The notes beneath the pieces were generated by a model. It was not told the origin of the DNA. It did no database searches and saw nothing but the letters and a program-made list of their open reading frames with translations. DNA of 53,833 nt, taken from a virus. Each line of letters opens with the position of its first letter. The first letter of the stretch is position 1. Both the position numbers and the translations under genes were made by a program. The stretch is from IMG/VR virus record IMGVR_UViG_3300045988_061461, one strand, 5' to 3'. Of the stretch, positions 15,778 through 24,200 are shown one piece after another.

Positions 15778-15804
15778 TATCAAAAGGAAGAGCCTTTGCG
15801 GCTC
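15778..15804 (-). terminator. intrinsic terminator (part of a duplicated 40-nt boundary module)
   Basis: Minus strand GAGCC-GCAAA-GGCUC then UUCCUUUUGAUAUU. Confidence 0.6.
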
Positions 15805-15976
15805 AATCCTTCTTATGTTTCTTAATATTTTTGGAAATAATCCATGCAATAAACAATACACATACGATCACGTCTCCGAATAATACTATTCCGATCGCCC
15901 CTCCTCCTACGAGTACAACGATTGCGGCAATAGTAGCAGCGATAGCCATGAAGATAAGTAAAATAGTCAACAGCAT
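15803..15976 (-). CDS. 57-aa two-TM peptide, not in the track
   Basis: MLLTILLIFMAIAATIAAIVVLVGGGAIGIVLFGDVIVCVLFIAWIISKNIKKHKKD. SD AAAGGAGGAAA after promoter P9. Confidence 0.55.
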   Translation of the reverse strand: MLLTILLIFMAIAATIAAIVVLVGGGAIGIVLFGDVIVCVLFIAWIISKNIKKHKKD

Positions 15977-15999
15977 ATAATGTTTCCTCCTTTATTATT

Positions 16000-16025
16000 T
16001 CATATAGGAGAATGTTTTTTTCGCG
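16000..16025 (-). promoter_or_regulatory. CGCGAAAA-N10-CTATATGA class promoter (P9)
   Basis: Minus strand reads CGCGAAAAAAACATTCTCCTATATGA. Confidence 0.6.
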
Positions 16026-16027
16026 AA

Positions 16028-16054
16028 TATCAAAAGGAAGAGCCTTTGCGGCTC
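16028..16054 (-). terminator. intrinsic terminator (second copy of the 40-nt boundary module)
   Basis: 16021-16060 is identical to 15771-15810. Confidence 0.6.
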
Positions 16055-16289
16055 AATCCTCTTCATAAAGTTTGGTAACACAATTCCACCAAAATTTTAC
16101 TCCCATTGCGACTTCGTAAAATGCTTGTGAAAAATACTCTTTGACTCCAATCTCGAATTTTGACGCAAATATAGTAGTTGGAAATTCAATGATTCCCGAA
16201 ACTATTACCATTAAAATTCGTACTGGAAGAAAAATCGTAGACAACACGACACCGACAGTCTTACAAACAGTTTCTAAAAATTTGGTCAT
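16053..16289 (-). CDS. small membrane protein (78 aa)
   Basis: Two hydrophobic helices. Own promoter P10 and terminator. Confidence 0.65.
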   Translation of the reverse strand: MTKFLETVCKTVGVVLSTIFLPVRILMVIVSGIIEFPTTIFASKFEIGVKEYFSQAFYEVAMGVKFWWNCVTKLYEED

Positions 16290-16311
16290 AACAAAATCCT
16301 CCTTTATGATC

Positions 16312-16336
16312 TCATATAGGAGAATGTTTTTTCGCG
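16312..16336 (-). promoter_or_regulatory. CGCGAAAA-N9-CTATATGAG class promoter (P10)
   Basis: Minus strand reads CGCGAAAAAACATTCTCCTATATGA. Confidence 0.55.
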
Positions 16337-16341
16337 AATAT

Positions 16342-16371
16342 AAAAAGAAAAGGATCTGTAAAAGATCCCTT
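16342..16371 (-). terminator. intrinsic terminator
   Basis: Minus strand GGAUCU-UUUAC-AGAUCC then UUUUCUUUUUAU. Confidence 0.65.
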
Positions 16372-16380
16372 TCTCGGATA

Positions 16381-16716
16381 CTACTTAGATGGTTTCATGT
16401 ACTTGATAACATTCTTGAAAGTCGGAGATGATAACGATCCTGTTTCTTCGAAATTAAATCCCAGTATCGTTAATCCGGTAAATATCAATGCCGGAACAGC
16501 AACTTCGATACAAGTTTTTATGATACCCATTCTTCGTTCTTTTTTCTTTGAATCTTTTTCCGATTCAATTTCTTTTTCACGAAGTTTGAGCTCATATAAC
16601 TTTACGAAGCTCGACTGTGCCTGATCTCTGCTTTCCGAACCAACAAACTGTGCGTTCATTTCCGAACCAACAGATATCAATTCTTTCTCCAGAATTTCAG
16701 AAGATTGTTCAAACAT
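16381..16716 (-). CDS. tail-anchored (C-terminal TM) coiled-coil protein (111 aa)
   Basis: Charged N-terminus and C-terminal helix GIIKTCIEVAVPALIFTGLTILGF. Own promoter P11. Confidence 0.65.
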   Translation of the reverse strand: MFEQSSEILEKELISVGSEMNAQFVGSESRDQAQSSFVKLYELKLREKEIESEKDSKKKERRMGIIKTCIEVAVPALIFTGLTILGFNFEETGSLSSPTFKNVIKYMKPSK

Positions 16717-16742
16717 ACTAATTCTCCTTTCAGTATAGTATT

Positions 16743-16768
16743 CCTTAATAGACTATGTTTTTTTCGCG
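16743..16768 (-). promoter_or_regulatory. CGCGAAAA-N10-TATTAAGG variant promoter (P11)
   Basis: Minus strand reads CGCGAAAAAAACATAGTCTATTAAGG. Confidence 0.5.
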
Positions 16769-16773
16769 ACATT

Positions 16774-16804
16774 TTCAAAAAATAAGAGGGGATGTATCCC
16801 TCTT
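16774..16804 (-). terminator. intrinsic terminator
   Basis: Minus strand AAGAGGG-AUACAUC-CCCUCUU then AUUUUUUG. Confidence 0.7.
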
Positions 16805-17015
16805 ATAAGCGTCCAGTTCGAATCCATTTCAAAGTTCGATCTAAGACTCGTAGTTCAACTTCTCTGTAGAATCCGAGCCACTCCGACAATTCTTCTGTGT
16901 ATTTAATGCCTCCGTATATTCCTCTTACGTAAGCATACAATACCATCAAAAATCTTGTCGGAGTGGACACGATCCAAAGAATGAAAGCGAATAAGAATCT
17001 TAAAGTAATACGCAT
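16803..17015 (-). CDS. small membrane protein (70 aa)
   Basis: TM helices LRFLFAFILWIVS.. and FLMVLYAYV. Own promoter P12. Confidence 0.65.
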   Translation of the reverse strand: MRITLRFLFAFILWIVSTPTRFLMVLYAYVRGIYGGIKYTEELSEWLGFYREVELRVLDRTLKWIRTGRL

Positions 17016-17037
17016 TATAGAATCCTCCCTTATGTTC

Positions 17038-17063
17038 TCATATAGGAGAATGTTTTTTTCGCG
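17038..17063 (-). promoter_or_regulatory. CGCGAAAA-N10-CTATATGAG class promoter (P12)
   Basis: Minus strand reads CGCGAAAAAAACATTCTCCTATATGA, identical to P9. Confidence 0.6.
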
Positions 17064-17064
17064 T

Positions 17065-17382
17065 TTACTTACGAATAGGAAGTTCCTTTACTTTATCCAT
17101 GATTCGTTCGGCGGTTCCGTTTCCACCGAGATCTTTATATGGTTGATACAAATAATGATCTAGATTCTCATATTCGTCCGTACTGATCCATCCTCGTTCA
17201 ATATAGACTGTTCCCTGACTCAATATTCGATCGTGTGCAAGCCCTTTAAGCATTCGTCGTATTGCACTATTCTTGTCTGATCGTTTACTAATAAATGTCC
17301 AGAAACCAGCAGAACCAAGTATCGAAACTGCAATGGTTAGAATGAATTGTAACCACTTTTCTATTTCCATTTTGAATGTCAC
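17065..17382 (-). CDS. N-anchored membrane protein (105 aa), last gene of the late block
   Basis: TM helix WLQFILTIAVSILGSAGFWTFI. Confidence 0.6.
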   Translation of the reverse strand: MTFKMEIEKWLQFILTIAVSILGSAGFWTFISKRSDKNSAIRRMLKGLAHDRILSQGTVYIERGWISTDEYENLDHYLYQPYKDLGGNGTAERIMDKVKELPIRK

Positions 17383-17385
17383 CCC

Positions 17386-18480
17386 TTACCCATTTACATG
17401 CAAATTTCCGTCCGAACCGCATACGTATACAATGCCGATATGTAATGTATTATTACCATCAGACACATAAACAATTCCGTCTTGCATTTGATTATTCTTG
17501 TCTACAACATGTACTATTGACTGAACAGTCCAGTGCGCGTACAAAGTTGTATCTCCTGTCAGATCAACAGTAGATGATTCAGTAATTAAAGTTCCTCCGG
17601 ACAATTGCGTGAACCATCCATCAAATTTGTATCCACTTCGTACAGGAACGGGAAGTTCTCCATAAGTTTCTCCGTACGTAACCGTTTTGGTCGTTGTTGA
17701 AACTGTTCCACCGTTTGGATCGAATGTGACAGTATATGACAATTTTTGCCATACGGCATAAAGTGTCATATTAGTTGTCATTTCAAATGTCTGACCAGGC
17801 TGATATGTTGCCCCAGAAGCATTCGGTGTTCTAGCCCATCCAGCAAATTTGTATCCGTCTTTTGTTGGCTTTACAGTGCTAATCGTTGCGACATAACCGT
17901 TTTCCGAAATATCAACACTTTGGAGATTCGGTGCTCCGATTCCACCGTTTGCGTTGTATTCCAAAGTTAAGGTCTCTGTCTCGACTTGAAGATATGGGTC
18001 ATAAAGTGCACAATAAGTAGTTTTGTCAAATCCACCAAACACCCATGCGCAACTATCTGGAATTGACTGAGAAAAATAGATAGGATTAATATCATGTTCT
18101 CCGCCTCTCCAGTTTTCACAATCTTCAATATATCGATTTGTATACGCGAAGTTTGTAGTAACAGCATTTGCTTTAGGGCCATAATACAGATTGGGGAAAT
18201 ACGATACACCACTTGTCCTTGCTCGAAAAGACATATTCAAGACATGATTGCGACATTTCAACAAGGGAATGTTACCGCCACTACTCTTTTCGAAGAAATA
18301 GGACATCCGATATAAATAAACCTTATTACTACTATTTGTTATACCAACTCGATTCGTTATATCTGTAGGTGTCGTCATTCCAGGATCGGATATAGACTTT
18401 GCTTTATCAACAGCGTCGTCGACGCTGTTACATCGTACGTACCCAATGTAAGATTTCGGATAGAATTTTAATACAGCCAT
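17386..18480 (-). CDS. tail-associated adhesin / receptor-binding candidate with two Listeria-Bacteroides (Flg_new) repeats
   Basis: Repeats NANGG...GYKFAGW...TLYAVW and FDPNGG...GYKFDGWF...TLYAHW. Confidence 0.65.
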   Translation of the reverse strand: MAVLKFYPKSYIGYVRCNSVDDAVDKAKSISDPGMTTPTDITNRVGITNSSNKVYLYRMSYFFEKSSGGNIPLLKCRNHVLNMSFRARTSGVSYFPNLYYGPKANAVTTNFAYTNRYIEDCENWRGGEHDINPIYFSQSIPDSCAWVFGGFDKTTYCALYDPYLQVETETLTLEYNANGGIGAPNLQSVDISENGYVATISTVKPTKDGYKFAGWARTPNASGATYQPGQTFEMTTNMTLYAVWQKLSYTVTFDPNGGTVSTTTKTVTYGETYGELPVPVRSGYKFDGWFTQLSGGTLITESSTVDLTGDTTLYAHWTVQSIVHVVDKNNQMQDGIVYVSDGNNTLHIGIVYVCGSDGNLHVNG

Positions 18481-18491
18481 ATTCTACCTCC

Positions 18492-19247
18492 TTAATCGGG
18501 AAGAGTGGGTACGTAAATATAAATGTCACCTTCTGAAAGTCCGGTCATTGAGGACGGAGCTGTTTTTCCGACAACAATTGTTTTAACCTTTGATTCTAGT
18601 GCAAGCACTCGGTTCGTAAGGTTCGTGGCCACATTATCGTCAAGAATCACCTGAAGATTGTTATACCAATTTTCGAACGATGTTTGTTCATTAGTCATCC
18701 ACTCGTTCCACTGAGCGTTCCACTGAGCGACGATCTCATCAATATCAGTGGACTTTAATACACCCGTCACGTAGGGGCACTCCGTTGTACCAACGGCATT
18801 CTCGATATTCGCCTGAGTAATGCTCGTAGCCCCGGGATCCACTGTGATGTATGCAAGCGGATACTGATAAACTCCTCCGGTCTTTGTCATTGACGGCTTG
18901 GCAGGCTGAGAACTGGGAGTTCCCTTTTTCATCTTCAACTCGTTACGACGTACTGCGTTTGTCGTATTTACCTCAAGAATCACTGCATCAATTCTTTTAA
19001 GCAATACTTCTGCTGTGTCAACGGTCAAAGCGAAATTAGAATCATTGTAGCTCCAGGTTCCGTTAAACCATGCTCTACCAGTTCCAACTGTAATACCCAT
19101 TCCAGTAGCAGCTTTTACTGCAAATTTCTCTCCAATAGAAAGATAGACGCCATCGTTAATGATACCATCGAAAATTCGACTCATGTCGACAGCGTCGTAA
19201 GATCTATCGTTATTAAGAGAATTGTAAAATCCAAAAGTTAAGCTCAT
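18492..19247 (-). CDS. tail tip / baseplate-associated structural protein (251 aa)
   Basis: Position between the Gp37-like protein and the adhesin. N-terminus FYNSLNNDRSYDA..DGV resembles phage tail proteins (from memory). Confidence 0.45.
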   Translation of the reverse strand: MSLTFGFYNSLNNDRSYDAVDMSRIFDGIINDGVYLSIGEKFAVKAATGMGITVGTGRAWFNGTWSYNDSNFALTVDTAEVLLKRIDAVILEVNTTNAVRRNELKMKKGTPSSQPAKPSMTKTGGVYQYPLAYITVDPGATSITQANIENAVGTTECPYVTGVLKSTDIDEIVAQWNAQWNEWMTNEQTSFENWYNNLQVILDDNVATNLTNRVLALESKVKTIVVGKTAPSSMTGLSEGDIYIYVPTLPD

Positions 19248-19258
19248 AAATCCTCCTT

Positions 19259-20344
19259 TTATTCATCTTTAATTGCTTCGAAAGTCGGATAGAACTCTAA
19301 ACCTTCGAGACTTTGAGAATGTATAAATTCTGTAACACGAGACGTCGATTCAAATCCAAATTCATTAGCTATCTGAACAATATCTCCCATGTTGAAATCT
19401 TTGCCATAAATGTTAGTTCTTGTGACATCAACCGATCCTTCAAAGGCCCTTTCGTCCACGTACTCTTCAAGCTTCTCTGATCCTTTTGCTTTTAGAACTT
19501 CGTCATATTCGGCGTCAGTTAGAGTTGCATCTGATGTCTTTTTGGATGTACCCTTTGCATCTACAAATAATTCTCTCCGACCAAGACCACTTGGAATAGT
19601 CGCTGAATCAGGATCTGCTTCGACCGAAGTATATACTCGTTCACTTCCATCGCCTTCACCACCAACAAGAGCTATGGTCTTAAGCTTTTCCTTCGAAGCG
19701 TGATAGTTGCTATTAATCAGATTCTCGAAGTTTGGTGAAAAGACTACGTACGGATTGATCTCTTGATTGTACGAACGATCTACACCAGAATATAAAGAAA
19801 ATACAAACTGATTAGATTCATTCAGAACAATTTTAAATCCTATCTTCTTCTCGTCGCATAGAGTTTTGATGACATCATACAGATTATCACCAGCGAACTG
19901 AGTATCGATCGTCAAAGAAGTGATTGCCGTATCTGTGGACTCCTGAAAAATAAAGTTCGAGATCTTTCTTTGGGTTATAGAAGGATTGATAATTGCCTCT
20001 TCTAGAAGAGTTTTAATTCCATTTTGAAAATTTCCATTCAGTGCCTTATGACCCCAAACGACCCTTCGCTCCAAAATAGATTCAAGAGATCTCCCCGTTA
20101 TTTTTATAGTAGATCCTTCCTCGACATCTGTGTCTATGTCAATATTTTCAACTATCATAGTATGTTCAGATTCTTTAATCCATAAATAATCGTCTAAATC
20201 AACGGACGTTAGAATACTAGAATCCGCTGGAACACATATTTCAAAGTCCCCATAAGCGTTATATCGATCTGTCCAAATAAGCGACGTAAATGTATCTATT
20301 ATATCGACAGCCTCAAATGTCGGCGTTAAAATTAATGGTTCCAT
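19259..20344 (-). CDS. Siphovirus Gp37-like tail tip protein
   Basis: N-terminus IDTFTSLIWTDRYNAYGDFEICVP is typical of the Gp37-like family. Position after Dit. Confidence 0.55.
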   Translation of the reverse strand: MEPLILTPTFEAVDIIDTFTSLIWTDRYNAYGDFEICVPADSSILTSVDLDDYLWIKESEHTMIVENIDIDTDVEEGSTIKITGRSLESILERRVVWGHKALNGNFQNGIKTLLEEAIINPSITQRKISNFIFQESTDTAITSLTIDTQFAGDNLYDVIKTLCDEKKIGFKIVLNESNQFVFSLYSGVDRSYNQEINPYVVFSPNFENLINSNYHASKEKLKTIALVGGEGDGSERVYTSVEADPDSATIPSGLGRRELFVDAKGTSKKTSDATLTDAEYDEVLKAKGSEKLEEYVDERAFEGSVDVTRTNIYGKDFNMGDIVQIANEFGFESTSRVTEFIHSQSLEGLEFYPTFEAIKDE

Positions 20345-20346
20345 TT

Positions 20347-21276
20347 TTATACACCCTCATACAAAATACGATTTTCGATATAGAATTGTAGATTCGTCAG
20401 ACCTTCGTCAGCTACAAATGTAAAGACGTTATCACCTTTTTCCAATTGGAACCAGTCTGCATCCTTATTCAACGCGTTAAGAATATTGGTATAAACACCA
20501 TCTCGAATAATATATGCTGACTTGGATCCTTTTACTGTCGTGATGATTATATCGTCTCCGGTAATGATTCCGCTACTATTCGTAATAGTAGCAATCTTAT
20601 TTGTATCGATTGTCATCTTCTGACGAAGCTCTGTATTGTGAATAGTTATGTTCTTTGCCGGTCCAAGAGCATGAATTCGTATGTATACACCGGTCATAGC
20701 GTCGCCAGTATACCATACTGTATTCTCACTCATGTTTTGGATCTCTCCAAGAACAATTTTCTTTTCAGTCAACGATTCATTGGAAAATGGGAATGTAAAA
20801 GAATGCTTTATTCCGTAGAAATCAGTTTTCTGCAAACTTCTATCTTTCCCAGCTTCATAGAAATATGGATCTGGACAGATTATAGAAATCTGAGCACTTT
20901 CTTCTTGACTAAATATCTCTGGTTCGTTCGATTCGACATAACCCGTCGTCTCTAGCCATCGATTGTCGGTTTTGACTATAATCGCGACTTCTCGTTTAAT
21001 AGCAAAGAATTTATAAGATTTCTGACGAATATCTTCAATCATCTCTCCAGTCTCAGTCGAAACAAATCCTATTGTAAAAACAATATTTCTGCTTTCGAGT
21101 CGAGAAGAATTGAAGAAAGATCCATCATACGTTGCAACTTCCGTCGAGTTAATAGTTGCTTTTGCAGGGCCCAGTCCTGTGACATCTTTGATGAGGAAGC
21201 CAGAGACTTCCGGCCTCCTCAAATCAACGTCTATACTGTCCCCTCGGAAGTTAGTGAAAGTAAATCCATTTATCAT
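20347..21276 (-). CDS. distal tail protein (Dit)
   Basis: Overlaps the tape-measure stop. About 300 aa with a phage-tail-family N-terminus. Confidence 0.65.
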   Translation of the reverse strand: MINGFTFTNFRGDSIDVDLRRPEVSGFLIKDVTGLGPAKATINSTEVATYDGSFFNSSRLESRNIVFTIGFVSTETGEMIEDIRQKSYKFFAIKREVAIIVKTDNRWLETTGYVESNEPEIFSQEESAQISIICPDPYFYEAGKDRSLQKTDFYGIKHSFTFPFSNESLTEKKIVLGEIQNMSENTVWYTGDAMTGVYIRIHALGPAKNITIHNTELRQKMTIDTNKIATITNSSGIITGDDIIITTVKGSKSAYIIRDGVYTNILNALNKDADWFQLEKGDNVFTFVADEGLTNLQFYIENRILYEGV

Positions 21277-24200
21277 ACCATGGTAGCTCCTTTCAATGCA
21301 GAGAATTGGTTCTTGGTCTGACGATAGATTTCTATGCGACTAAGAGCCTTGGGGGAGTAATTATTTTGTACAAAATTGTAAGATGGACCGCTCTTTGTAG
21401 ATCCATTTTGATTTTCCGTTTCGACTGCCGTTTGCCTCTTTGTCCGAATAGCATCAACAGCTAATGCTCTATTTCTAGAGAACATCGAATCAAGCGTTGT
21501 GACCCCATTTTGCACATCCGACAAATCAAGAACTGGACGAATAACCGGATGATCAGACACTTTTCCCTCAATGGTATCTCGAACTGTCGACAAAGCATCG
21601 TCAAGGCCTTGAGTTGCTTTTCGACCCATATTCCAAGACTCGTCATAAACTTCTCCAGATTTATTTCGAAGTGTATTTACGAGACCCGCAATGATATATC
21701 GAGCGGTTTCTATAGTGGCTTTAGAAGGAGAGTTTACTTGAGCACCCTGTGCACAAGCTGATACAGCTGCTTCACCAACTGCTTTAGCAGTATTTTTGAC
21801 AGTTTCGATTTTATCGTTAATACCTTTGACGAGACCATCACAGATATTTGTACCAATTCCCTTAGCTGCGTCGAAAATAGATTGACCGCCTTCTGATATA
21901 GCAGTTCCGGTTTTGCTAAGAAAATCTCCAACACCGGACGACATTGAGGAGAATACGGAACCGTTTTCGGAGAACGTATCAGTGATAGCGCCGCTTATAA
22001 GATTGTTCAGTTTTTCTTTGATATCAGTACCAGCCGAGGTTAAATCCACAGCTGACTCTGCCCCAGAGGTTGCTTCTTCTCCGCCGAGAGTCAAAAGAGA
22101 TTCTCCAAGCTCTTTAATCTTTGAAGAAAATTGCGTTATATTAGTGTAGTCGAAACCGGTCAGACTGTCTGAGAAGGATTGGATTGTCTTGCCCAACGAA
22201 GTTAATTTTCCTTCGATCGGAGTAATATCAATGTCCATACCCTCTTTGAAACCGGCAAACGCTATTCCTATATTAGCGAGAGCATTCGCTATCGTAGAAG
22301 CTTTGCTGACTTGTGATCCATCGATTTCAGATATTGCAACAGCAAATATTCCGAACTGTCGTCCAATCTGGCCTAAACCGGTAAGACCGTTTTCACCGAA
22401 GATCTTTTGCCAGGTCCCTCCAGTTTTAGGCAAGGATTTTGCCGAACTTGCAATACCGGCGATTACATCTCCAATAATCTTAGCAACACTTACTGGATCT
22501 CTTCCTGTAAGAGCGTCGTCATAAGCATCACACATTGCACCAAGATTACGGATAACATCATCTAGATCATCGGTATAATCGCCAAGGGTTTGAGTCTCTC
22601 CAATAAAGTCAGTTATACTACCACCAGTTCGCCCAATCTGTCCAGAACCAGATGTTATAGAACTAATAACATCTCCGATAGCAGCAGCAACTGTCTTGGC
22701 CTTTGTTCCCTTATCTTTAAGAAAACCGAGTTCGTCAGCCGTTTGGACCATATATTGGATGTTACGGACAGCATCACTTAGATTATCGGTGAATTTCGCA
22801 AGATCGGTTTCACCCATAATATCTTGCAGCCATCCGCCGCTAGCAGTAATATTGCTCGTGAATTGAGATAGATCTAATCCAAATAAACCTTTCTTATCGT
22901 CTCCGTTACCAGCTATCCCTTCGGTTATAAGTTTAATAATATCAACAATGCCTTGAGCGGCCGTGAGACCAGAGGCAATATTGGTAAAGTTACTACCCAG
23001 TGACCCCATATCTTTTGCAATATCCGGAAGTTTGGAACAGAGATCTTTAAGATCATCAAGGTTCTTTACATTTTTGGATTCTTTAGCAGCAGATACAATT
23101 CCAGCAATCGCAGTTGAAAGATTCGCAACTTTCTCAAGATTACCAGCAGATATAATACCAACCGAATCAGCAAAAGCCTTCAGAGAAGACATAAAATCTT
23201 CAGAAGAAAGATCCTTAAGCATGTTCTGAAGATTGATCATGTTATTCTTGTTCGGAGGATCTTTCAAGCCATCAGAAAGACCTCTGATTGCCGCGGCAAA
23301 GTTGGTAATATTGGATTTCATATTCGGATCCATCTTACTGCAAGCTTCGCCAAACGAAGCCATTTGTTCAAGAAGACCGCCAGTCTTCGTAATATCAGCA
23401 AGAACTTCAGTTACTTTGTCGGTTCCTCTTCCAGTGAAGAATTCGACTACCATTCCAGCCCAGCCTTCACCAGCAGCAACTTTAAGTCCTGCTATTCCAA
23501 CAATCGCTTGAAGAACAGCAACAATATTATCCGCTCCGATAGGTTGAATCTGAGCAGCAATATCCATGGCATCCTTAATGTTCTGTGCAACATTTTTGAA
23601 TCCAGCGGTAAAGCTGACTACAGTTTGAATCATAGCGGAACCAATCGCGTCCGCTATCCCGACCAGGACGATCTTTAAGCCATCCATGAAAGCTTTCATA
23701 TTAGCAAGATCTTCTTCGGTCATGCTCATAAGTCCGGAGACCCAACGAATCAATAGGGTTAAGCCCACTAACGCAATAACCAAAACGGTAAATATCCCAA
23801 CGCCAGCAAGACCAGCGATTCCGAACGTTCCAGCAACACCCAAGAGTATACAGGCAGCAGAGAGAGCCAGAACCATAGTAGAGATCGCAACTGCTGCTGT
23901 TATAGCACCTTCTACTTGTCCAGTGCTGGAAAGAAGAAGACCAAGCATCGTACCCAAACCAATGGCAAGGGCTCCAAGAATCGATACTGATAGTATAGCT
24001 TCTGGAGCAATCTTCCCAGCAAATTGTAGTAGCAAACAAGCTCCTGTTATAGCACCAAGAAGAATGGATACACCAACAACCAACGGAAGAACAGATTTGG
24101 GATCGGTCATACCGCTGAATTTTCCAACAACAGCAGTAAGACCTGCCGCAATAACGGCAAGCAGTCCAACCGTTATGGATATTTTCTTAATATTTTTGTT

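Noticed and set aside
17386-18480. Diversity-generating retroelement targeting the adhesin
   Set aside because: There is no reverse transcriptase gene anywhere in the genome, and I noticed no template/variable repeat pair.
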